Assembly (NCBI RefSeq): GCF_000150275.1
Contig: NW_002060958.1
Location: 876,272-940,271 of the forward strand
Length of the DNA stretch: 64,000 nucleotides
From: Trichoplax adhaerens
Taxonomy: Eukaryota > Animalia > Placozoa
Reading direction: 5' to 3'
In this document: in pieces, positions 27,701 to 37,842 of the stretch
Layout: each line of letters opens with the position of its first letter
Numbering within the stretch: position 1 is the first letter of the stretch
Notes under the pieces: model-generated
Told to the model about the DNA's origin: nothing
Seen by the model: only the letters and a program-made list of their open reading frames with translations
Database searches by the model: none
Translations under genes and position numbers: made by a program

Positions 27701-29425
27701 TGCAGTCGTTGTCAAGTAACGACAAATTGTATAAACAAAAGCAATCTTTTTCGAAAGGATTACAAGAAGCGTTCGTACAATCATAACCCTTGTAACTTAA
27801 GGCAGTATAATCAGCCTTAATAAAGCATGAATATTAGCTTGCAAATAAATAACTAGATGATCGTATATAATATTGTAAGTCGTTTTATTGTATAACAATA
27901 TTGCTCACTGCTAATAAAATCATAATTTTATAGTTCATTACTCTATGATTGGAGAAAGGTCGACATTTTTTCATTCTTGATTATATTCTAGAACTGGTGT
28001 ATCAAGTAATTTCATTTCTATTAACTTGTCAATCCAAACTTACATTCTATCTTCATTCTCGGGTATAGGATTGGTACATTGTTGACCATTATACTTAGCC
28101 ATATAAGAACATTGCTTAAAGGGGCAACTTTTATCTTCCAAAACATGACGAATACAGAAAGCGAAACCATTCAATCTTCGTTGCTTGCATAACTTTTGCG
28201 AATAACTACATAATAATTTACCATCTGTCGGTGATGTGTGTATATTCTTGCCTTCATACATGGCACTGTCGTCATCGTCATCCTCGTGTACTTTTGGATT
28301 ATCGATAGCCATAAGTTCCTCTATTTGGTGAAGAATAAATAGCCAGATATGTTATCAATACTATCATTTTATGTCACTTTTAGCTGTAGAATATGAAAAT
28401 GTTATTACTAGTAAAAGGTATGTCGTTTTTGTGTACTGATTACAAGACTGAGACTAGTCGAAATATCCCGCTTGTGATATTTTGCGCTACTACACTATTA
28501 CGATGCTGTGAGTTGTTGAATATTGGGTATGTGAATTAAAACACATTATGCAGTCATAATTGTCGTCATTATATATAATAGGGCTCATCTTTGGAATACG
28601 CGTCCAAGTATACGTCTATCCATTCTTGGCGCTATTTTAAGCGTAGAATTGTGTCTTCATGTCAAATTGATACAAATTTATCATACTACGTATAGGATAG
28701 AAATGTTTGTGTCGTTGCGATGTTTTTGATGTAATTAACGTACAAGTATACAACCTATATCGTGAGAAGAGGTTAGAAACCTATTAATAATGGTATGAAC
28801 AAGCCTATTGCTGTACGGTCAATATTTTATTTTATTACGGAGTAGATCTTGATTTGGTATCGTGTACTAGATATGGCATGGTATTTTAGAGTGAAATATC
28901 AATATGAGATTTGATATTGCTTCTTTGCCTTTAAAAAAAGAATAATCTACTTTGGTAGCCTAAAGTAGCCAACCATTAGGTACGTCAACGGTATTTGGCG
29001 TGGTAGAAAATAAGAATAGACTATGGAGAAGAGTGCATCACTTGGTTTGGAGTTTCATCTGCTTACTTTCAAGGATATACAGTATAACAGTTCGATTTAT
29101 GACTCAAAGTACTGACAATGGCCAACGATTTAGCTTGGATGGATATTTTATTTTGCTAAGAGATGTCTCCAAATGATTACATAGCAACGTAAGTTTACTG
29201 AATTGATAAACAGAGCACCCTTGTATCATTAATCCATCTTTGATGGACTTTTTCAATGTATGGTAAACTAGTTTTCCATAAGTAATGAAGTTATGCTGTA
29301 ACAAAAGTTATTTTCTTTAGAATCAACTCAACAGCAAATGTGTTGTGGAAAAATGAGATCGAATTATGACGGTGATTACCATTTTCTTCTTCTGGTGAGT
29401 TATCTTCATAATCAGGCGAATCCAT
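24733..29425 (-). CDS. INO80D: INO80 complex subunit D (multi-exon)
   Basis: Exon ~28043-28320 encodes MYEGKNIH..LCSYSQKLCKQRRLNGFAFCIRHVLEDK..CTNPIP, followed by YCNSHLQVLG (~27590). Both closely match the vertebrate INO80D N-terminus as I recall it. A second Cys/His region lies at ~25880-26270, with a low-complexity terminal exon at 24733-~25734. Upstream exon 29380-29425 (MDSPDYEDNSPEEEN) splices in frame; the start there is tentative. Confidence 0.9.
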
Positions 29426-30619
29426 GATAGTAGAAGTTGAATTGGGAATAATTTTTGGCTTTTGAGTATCCTATAAAATAATATCGGCCAGTTTGGTAAT
29501 TGCCAGATCTTTTGTAATTGCTTATAGAAATGGAAAATGAAAATAATTGACTGTTATTCTTAGTAGAAGGAAAGATTAATTGTGTAAGAGGTATGATACA
29601 GATTTATCATAATAAGTATTGAAATGATATCGATGCAATCAGAACAAAAAAACAGACACAGAGACCAAGACAGACTCATTGGCCAATCCATTGAATACAT
29701 TTCCATCATGTTTTGTCGGTCATTGACTAATTTGTGATTATCCTACAGAATGGACTGTATTGTAAGCTTGATGGTATTATTATTTGTCGAAGTGAGTCCT
29801 GTTGATGATCAAGTGAGCGACAACACTATCTACTATACTAGTGGTTTGAATGCATTGGACGTCTTGTGGAGTAGCCTGGCAGTAAAAAAGGATATGCCTG
29901 AATCTTCTTGGCTACTATTACACTAACATGACGCTTGAAAAGCGTTTGTCAAGTCATTTAGCTGACTCGGATGCTAGCGATCGACTAGGCTATCCATTTG
30001 AACGGGATGGATGGAAAAGTAATGGATCATGATGGACTAGTAGGCCAAATTGTTTTTCGCCTTAGCGAGGTTGCTTGGATGAATCCCTTGAGGGGTTATG
30101 GAAATAGGTCAGTTTACAAGTGTAGCCTGTACAAGTTGGACTTTGACTTGTATTTTCCAACCTAGACTTCTCCATGTGACTACAAGATGCTTTTCCTTTT
30201 CATTGGAAGTTAAGCGATGATTTATCCGATGCAAAAGAGGACTGCAATACGTTGGTTATCCAAGCGCTTGACGAGTCTGTCTCTCTCTCTCTAAACTATT
30301 GCCCACCAATCGCGTGGTGGGCAAAACGAATACAGTAAGACCATGACTAAAAAACAGCTTGAATCTTTCTCATCAATCCATAACAGAAAAGTCAATCAAG
30401 ACAGTAGCCTTGAAAGTGCTACTACATGGCATAGAAGCAAGCAACAACCCTTAAAGATAGCCAATAAACAACACCAAGATTTGTCGAGCAAACACAACTG
30501 ATGGCCATGGACGATGCCATTGAATTGACCAGTGCTCATCCAAGCCGACAGACGGTAATATAACCTATGCTTATGGAAAAGAAAACAACAGAAACAGCCA
30601 GTGAACGATATGAACTTAC

Positions 30620-31015
30620 CAATCAAGTGATTGAGTGGAAAGAATTAGCACATTGAAGTAAAATAGACACCAGGAGACATCAATTAGAGAGGAAGAAGAC
30701 CAGCAGCAGGCTTGAACTTGCTAATGCAGTTTGGCCTAGGAGGGCAAGCGATTGCAATGACTGCGCAAATCAACTGGATTACTATGGCGATCGAGTGTCT
30801 CATTCAGCCGACAAGAGCAGACTGGAAATGAGTCTGTTGTGCGCAGGTGCAGGGCGCTGCGCGTTTCGGTCTTTCGTTCGGCTATCCAATGCCTCATTCA
30901 GTAGTATCGACTCGAGTGAAATCCCTTTCGAGTAGGATAAAGTGTAACGACGTGGCTGGGGTAAGCCAGTCACCGTACCTGGTGGAGCCCCTGATAGGCG
31001 ATGGCGTCATTATCT
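30620..31015 (-). promoter_or_regulatory. Probable INO80D non-coding first exon and promoter
   Basis: Minus-strand donor GTAAGT at 30614-30619 and acceptor at ~29471. The GC-rich segment has an NRF1-like TGCGCAGGTGCA (~30840), CCAAT (~30886) and ATGGCG (~30784, ~31001). Confidence 0.5.
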
Positions 31016-32550
31016 AATGTCGCATTCAGTAGTATGAAATAGAGTCAAAGAAGTCTTTGATGGAGCATGCCTCACTTCTTCTATGGTACTCCACCCGCGC
31101 ACAGTGTACAGTGTACAGTACACGCCAAGTCCAATGTACTGTAGCTTGGACGGCACCCATGGTCATCGACTGGTGGAAAAGAAAGACAGAGACGTTGTTC
31201 AGTTTAGCTAGGCCGAACCTCAATAGTTTGCTCGTCATTTTAACCCGATCCTATGTCTGTAACAGTTTGCTGCACTATCCATGATGGTCAATTTGTTGTA
31301 GAATGGAGCTGCCGGGTTGATGTTTACTATCCAAAGCATTATTCAGTAGTGTAGTATAGAGTAGAAGAGTAAAATGCAGTCGCATTGTTCCAACTGTTTA
31401 CAGTGCAGAGTGTACATTCTACAGTGTACAGTATTCTACTGGACAGTACACCCAAAGTACAACGTACTGTAGTCTGCGCAGGACATAAACTCTTGAAAAA
31501 GAAAGAAAGAGACGTCGTTCCCTTTCGTTCTGACCATTCGAATTTCGATAGTCATATTAACTGGACCCTATCTCTGCAACAGTTTACTATACTGTCCGCG
31601 ATGTTCAATTTATTATAGAGTTGAACTGCCGAGTTGATGTTCACTATCCAACATATCTATCATTCAGTAGTAGACAGTAAAATAGAGTTGCATTGTTGTT
31701 CCAACTGCTCACAGTGCAGAGTACAGTGTACAGTGTACAGTATTCTGCACATCAAGTACAGTACATTGTACTGTACTCTAGTCTGGGCAGGACATGCACA
31801 GTTGAAAAAGAAAGAAAGAAAGAAACGTCGTTCCCTTTCGTTCCGTCCACCCGTATTTCGATAGTCATTGGAATTGGACCCTATCTCTGCAACAGTTTAC
31901 TATACTGTCCACGATGGTCAATTTATTATAGAGTTGAGCTGCCGAGTTGATGTTCACTATCCAACATATCTATCATTCAGTAGTAGACAGTAAAATAGAG
32001 TTGCATTGTTGTTCCAACTGCTCACAGTGCAGAGTACAGTGTACAGTGTACAGTATTCTGCACATCAAGTACAGTACGTTGTACTGTGCTCGAGTCTGGG
32101 CAGAACATGCACTGCTGAAAAAGAAAGAGACGTCGTTCAGTTTCGTTCCGACCACCCGTATTTCCATAGTCATTTTAAGGTTAACTGAACCCTATGTCTG
32201 CAACAGTTTACTACACTGTCCACAATGGTCAATTTATTATAGAGTTGAGCTGCCGAGTTGATGTTCACTATCCAATATATCATTGAGTAGTAGACAGTAA
32301 AATAGAGTTGCATTATTGTTCCAACTGCTCACAGTGCAGAGTGTACAGTGTACAATGTAGTATTCTACACATCAAGTACCGTACTGAGTACAGTACGTTG
32401 TACTGTACTCGAGTCCAGGCAGAACATGCACTGCTGAAAAAGAAAGAGACGTCGTTCAGTTTCGTTCCGACCACCCATATTTCCATAGTCATTTTAAGGT
32501 TCACTGGACCCTATGTCTGCGACAGTTTGCTCCACTGTCCACGATGACCA
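31015..32550. repeat. Tandem array of about five ~311-317-bp units
   Basis: The anchor gccg(a/g)gttgatgtt recurs at 31311, 31628, 31941 and 32252 (periods 317, 313, 311). A more diverged unit starts at ~31015. The six-frame track shows the same peptides repeated. Confidence 0.95.
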
Positions 32551-33989
32551 TTGTCGATCTCCAATAGTCCAGTACTACAGCACAGTGCTGCAGCATTTGA
32601 CCAATGGAAGATCGATCAATACAGTACAGTAAGATTGGTGAGAATGAATACTGTACACTTACAGTACAGTACTTACAGTACACTGTACGCAGGAGGCATA
32701 GTACGCAGAATCGGTGATCTTCAGTAGGCTGACCAACTTGCCACTGACGTAAACTGTGTTGAGTCGATAAGAGGACAACAATAGAAAATGACGCCAGCGA
32801 CGGGTCATTCTACTAGACGCTACCACTCAAACCGTTGACTACCCTCTAGTGAAAATTCAGCAACCCGCTACTCGTCGACAGTATACTGTATCGTTTCAGA
32901 TCGATGCTTCAATTGAAATGACCAGCAAAAATAATCAAGCCAACATTTTGCTAGGCTGAAAGGCATTTTCTTATTCCCTCTCCTTCATTTTGCTAGTCGT
33001 TGGACTAAGAAGGAGAAATGGTTGTTCCATGATTGCTCAGTAATCCATCACAGACTTGGCTACTTGCAAGAATGTTCTCTTACAAATAAACCATGCTGAG
33101 GCCTCTTCCGTCGTCGATAGTATAGTGGAACATTGCAGACATACCATGTAGTTGAAACGACCAGCAAAATAGTCGTTCACTGTATTCGCGGACTGAACGA
33201 CCATTTCTTGTTCGCTCTCTTACTTTTGTAGTCCTTTTGATGCCAACAAGCGAGCATCGACTCGTCATCCATGGTATACCATGTACGGATTACAGTTCCA
33301 TATCGACGGCACTCACTATGAATACATACAGTATGTCAGAGATGGTAGCCAGCTTTTAAAAATGCTTCTACTGTACTTTGAACTGCGTCGATTCTAACTT
33401 CAAACTGACGATATATACCTCCAATAGAAAGCAACAACTACGAAGAACATGCCTTGTTATGATTGACAAGCCTCTTGAGCCTGAGCTCAGTAGGCCATGT
33501 CCACTCTATACTGTATTCTTTGTAGAATGTTGTACAGTGTGATCTGTTTTCTTCGATAGGTTGGAACAGTCAAAACCAAAAGTAAAACGCTTCCAAAAGA
33601 TCAATCGTTATCAACCTTCCGATACACATTCAAACCATGCATTTGTCATCAATATTGTACAAATGCATGCAAAAATTGGTATATCCAATGTATCGGATCA
33701 GTAAACGCAAGGGAAAAAAATTTCCTTTGCAGTTTGGTAGAAATGAAAGATCAATTTCATTGGGTGAAATAAAATTAATCTCCAATGTAGTTTTATCTAT
33801 ATTCCGGTCCATCCCCAAGTGCAGACCTTGAAGATACAAGTCCTACCATTGGAAGTAGTACTTTCAATCAGATGGCCCAACTAAAAGGGAAAGCAATCAT
33901 CAAACATTTTCAATATTTTCTTTCCGACATTAACTCCTTGACTGATCCAGTCCAGCGTAGAAGTTGTTTTAGGCCCGTCTCGACCACAC

Positions 33990-34393
33990 GGTCTTTGTAC
34001 TGTACTGTATGCTACTGTATGTAAATCGGCATGCCCCCCTACTACCAGCCAAGATACACCGTGGCGGAGACTGGTTTGATAGCCAAGGCGTCCCACTATC
34101 CGTCCAGTTTACCGGCAGGTCAGTGCAAAGGCTACAGTACAGTACTGTACACTGTAGAGTTTTTTAAGACAGACTCCACGTCCTGTACTGTACAGTACTG
34201 TACTGTACTATAGCGTACAGTACAATTGTACATGATGCACTGTAGACCCCCTTGCCATATACGCCTGCGCAATCCAGCACTATATAAACCCCGTCGCAAC
34301 ACAAAACAAGCTTAGTCGAGTCGATGCTGTCAACGGAATGGTTGAAATGTTGCAAATGTCTGCCGCACTGGCTAAAACAAACCTCAAGTGAGT
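33990..34393 (+). promoter_or_regulatory. TATA-containing promoter and first leader exon, probably of HEXIM
   Basis: TATATAAA at 34281-34288 within a GC-elevated patch and a donor GTGAGT at 34388. Downstream acceptors lie at 34510 and 35040, the latter after a long pyrimidine tract. Confidence 0.5.
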
Positions 34394-36019
34394 CCAATCT
34401 CTTAATCATGTTATTCTTTTTCTTACCATCATCTTGTTGGTGTTGTTGTTAGTCAGTGGCTTAGTCTTGATATCATAAGCCTGTACTACCCTTGAGTTGT
34501 CTTTATACAGGTTTGGCCAGCCATACAACTGGCCCACCAATGCCGTAGTACGCCTTGCGATGTCATCGGTTAGATGATGTTTCTTTGCAATTGCCTTTTT
34601 TTTGAATGCTTACTATGGCAGACCAACGTGGCTTGAAATCATGCCGTAATATGGTCTTTAATCACTCAAATGACTGCTACGGATGGTTACAAATGATCCA
34701 AAGCCTATCTTAGTGGTTATTTGTTTGATTGAACTCTAGTTTGCATTAGTTTATATTTTGCGCATAGACGATACAACAATAATATGCTAAGAAAGGACAT
34801 TATAGGAGGACGTCAGGCTTGTTGTTGATTTAAGGATAGAAAGCCATCACTGTCGGAGCCAATGACTGTCAAAAGGATCAATTGCTTTTAGTTTACAGTC
34901 TATCGAAACCAGCAAGTTATCCTTTGTACACTACTTAATTTTGATCTCCTTGTCATTGCTAGTGGTTTAGCAGCTCGTATTCTCGTTGAATTATAATTGA
35001 CGCGTGTTTTTTTTCCCCCTCCCCTCCCTCCCTCCCTCAGGCAGTATTGTTTCTCAAGCTGTTCCTCCGAATAGGGTAGCAACATCAGTCATTCATTATC
35101 TAGAGATATTAAAATTGACTTAACTTTGACGTAGTTCTACCGTAATGAATGATACTGTTGCACTTGTTTATCCACTTGCTTAGGATAGCGATGAAATAAC
35201 ATTCGTACTATATTGGTGATGTTAACAATCCGATGACACAATGTACAATCGATAGGCCAATGGAAACTGATTGTTTAGCCTTTCAGTGTTTACAACTATC
35301 CTACTGTTACTAAATTAGCTAAGGTTTCAATATCAGTATCTTGCCGTTTTAAATTCTACTCCTAGACCACAACAATCGATACCTTGCCATGAGTAATTTT
35401 TGCTACCATTGTACAGTATACTGTAAACATGCAGTTGTTGTCATTGCGTATAGCGTTACATTATTTTGATGCTTTGCTTACTTCACAAATAGGATACGAT
35501 AGTACGATTGAACATTAGAACAACAATTTACATGATATCTCTACTAAGCGTAGGTACAATGATGGAGTGATGCACTTAGCTAAATCAATCACAGTGATAG
35601 AAGAGCAGTTTCACTATCTAAGTTGAGGACTATTCTTACTATCAGTCATATAATATCTGATCCACTCAACAAGTCTTGATGGTGATTATCACGTGTTAAG
35701 CCTACTCGGCATCTCAATACTTCTCTACACTGGTTAGACAGTCCACAACAACAAGCAGCGACAGTTACTATGAAAAAATAATGTAGCCGTCATATCGATC
35801 TTTTCAATTTTACTCTATACAGTACTGTACTATAGGTTGGGATGTATTTTCGTCAATGTTTATGATAATACAACTGAGCGCTTTTAGTAACCATCGCAAT
35901 TATCCATTTTATTAGTCCTACTAGAGTTATTCCTATCCACACTGAATTGAAGCATTGATATTATTATCACCGTAACACTGGATTGAAGAAAGGCAAAGAC
36001 GCTATATTGACAGTCAAAA

Positions 36020-36805
36020 ATGGAGGAAAATAACCAAAGTGACAAGGCCCCCCAACATGGTGTCAAACGTCCTATGACCAAACCATCCCACAGAAAAAAT
36101 CGCAGAAAAAATCGTGAAGGAAAGAAACTAAAGTATGCATCTTGCGTCATTAAGAAAATACCTATTGATGGTGTTACCAATCAACAGAATAATAACTCAA
36201 AAGATGAAATTGGTGGTTGGAAAAAAACACGACGTGGAAAAAAGAAACGTGGCAAAAATAATAAAAAGAAATTTTCAAACTATCAAAACTTATCTTGTCA
36301 AGAAAAGGCTGAATTAGAAGAAATGGCCGCTGAAGAAGCTACACAATTATATAATCAACGCATTCAATCGGGCTTGCCAGTAACACCCTTCAACACAACC
36401 CAATTTATTATGGATGACTACGAAAAAGCACGAGCTCGAAGTGTCAATGACAATAGTGACGATTTATTAGATGAAATACAACGAATGGAAGATAAATCAG
36501 AAAATGGTAACTATAGTGGTGAAGACGAATTTACCGCCCATTTGGAAGAAATTCGATTCGACAAATATGATCGAATGAGTAAGGGTGAGCTGGTCAGATA
36601 TTGTTATCAATTAGATAAGAAAATACAGCAACTTGAAGAAGCTGATCAAGATGCTACCAACAGAGATAGTAACCATCATCACCACTCCAACGAAACAAAG
36701 ATCGGAAATGATGATGTTGAACAAATGCAAAAGGAAATAGCATCGCTACGGCAAGAGAACACCAAGCTATACGGATTGATTGCCTCACAAAAGGAGAAAA
36801 AATGA
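36020..36805 (+). CDS. HEXIM: HEXIM-family P-TEFb inhibitor (261 aa, single coding exon)
   Basis: Canonical HEXIM order of elements: basic RNA-binding region (KKTRRGKKKRGK..YQNLSCQEK), PYNT-type motif PFNTTQFIMDD (36386-36418), acidic region, then a C-terminal coiled coil (MSKGELVRYCYQLDKK..LRQENTKL). Confidence 0.9.
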   Translation: MEENNQSDKAPQHGVKRPMTKPSHRKNRRKNREGKKLKYASCVIKKIPIDGVTNQQNNNSKDEIGGWKKTRRGKKKRGKNNKKKFSNYQNLSCQEKAELEEMAAEEATQLYNQRIQSGLPVTPFNTTQFIMDDYEKARARSVNDNSDDLLDEIQRMEDKSENGNYSGEDEFTAHLEEIRFDKYDRMSKGELVRYCYQLDKKIQQLEEADQDATNRDSNHHHHSNETKIGNDDVEQMQKEIASLRQENTKLYGLIASQKEKK

Positions 36806-37842
36806 ATACCCGCATGAATGTGATACCTATTCTTGCAATGTTATCATACGATATCGTTGATAGTTATTGACCATGCAACATTTTACTATTTCAAAGTTCT
36901 GCACTTAGAAATTGAATTATTTTACAATCTTTGTAAGATATTGTTACTGCATTTTGGAGCAGGACAATTTACTGTAATTTTTTTTCTGCTTGATGTTATC
37001 CTATTATTATATAAATATTTTCACTTATTCTTTGTTCGTATCATTTATCGTACTGTCATAAAAACAAAAATTGAGTTATCTTTCAATGTACAGCTCTACG
37101 ATCTTGTAAGAATTGAATTAAATTGAGTCTCTGAAAATGAAATAATCAGCTTGACAATCTAATAACCAATTGAGGATCTATTTATTGAATTTTTGAATAA
37201 TAGTGAAAAAAATGAAATCGTTGATATGTAAGATTATGCAGCTCAAACGTACTAACTGAATAGAACAGTATAGCAACGTATCAAGGCCTTTAGCGTAATA
37301 GAAGAGTACAATAATTTGAGAGAGCAAGAAGTAGTAGATGTTTATCGCAGCAATATCGTTACTAACTTACAACAGAGTTAAATTACAAAATATATTAAAT
37401 AAAAGCACCATGACAAGCTCATAAATAGTCAAACTTAGCAAATTCTCAATATCAGAATGGATCCACATCATATGATGCTGTCGTGAAAGTCGAATATCTG
37501 TTACTAACTATACTGTACATAGTGCCACACATTATCCATTATATAGAATACTGTATGATAAAGACACTTTCTTTTAATGCCAACCCTTTTGACTTGGACT
37601 AATATTAGCTTTACAACGAATTCAATTATTATCCAAGAAGTGAAGATTACCATCATGATAACAGCAACAAATATTCATTAATAAATTGATCGCCTACGAA
37701 TAATGCCACTGTCGTTAGTCATACCTTATCTAATACAATGATTTAATATTGAAATAGCATTTCCACATGTTTCGAACATTGCAAGATGAAAAATGGCTTA
37801 TATAAAAATTAATTGAAATCATCCAGAAGATTTTAAAATCTT

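Noticed and set aside
30760-31020. GC-rich segment as SRP, RNase P/MRP or tRNA gene
   Set aside because: No diagnostic motifs recognised. It is better explained as the INO80D promoter.
32170-32500. Spliced-leader RNA donor (TTTAAG|GT) in repeat units
   Set aside because: Present in only two of five copies, so it is not a conserved feature.
31015-32550. Hammerhead/retrozyme or CRISPR interpretation of the array
   Set aside because: CGAAAC occurs on the minus strand but there is no correctly placed CUGANGA core. Units are full-length repeats without unique spacers, and the context is eukaryotic.
31026-32683. Cluster of 60-104 aa ORFs on both strands
   Set aside because: They are translations of the ~313-bp tandem repeat. 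Indels shift frames between copies and there is no protein-like conservation.
36020-36805. Retrogene origin of the intronless HEXIM and MFSD6 coding regions
   Set aside because: No poly(A) remnants or TSDs. Both have apparent 5' leader introns, and HEXIM coding regions are typically intronless.
37827-37842. 16-bp perfect palindrome AAGATTTTAAAATCTT next to the TRPM2 stop
   Set aside because: Almost entirely A/T and plausible by chance in this base composition.
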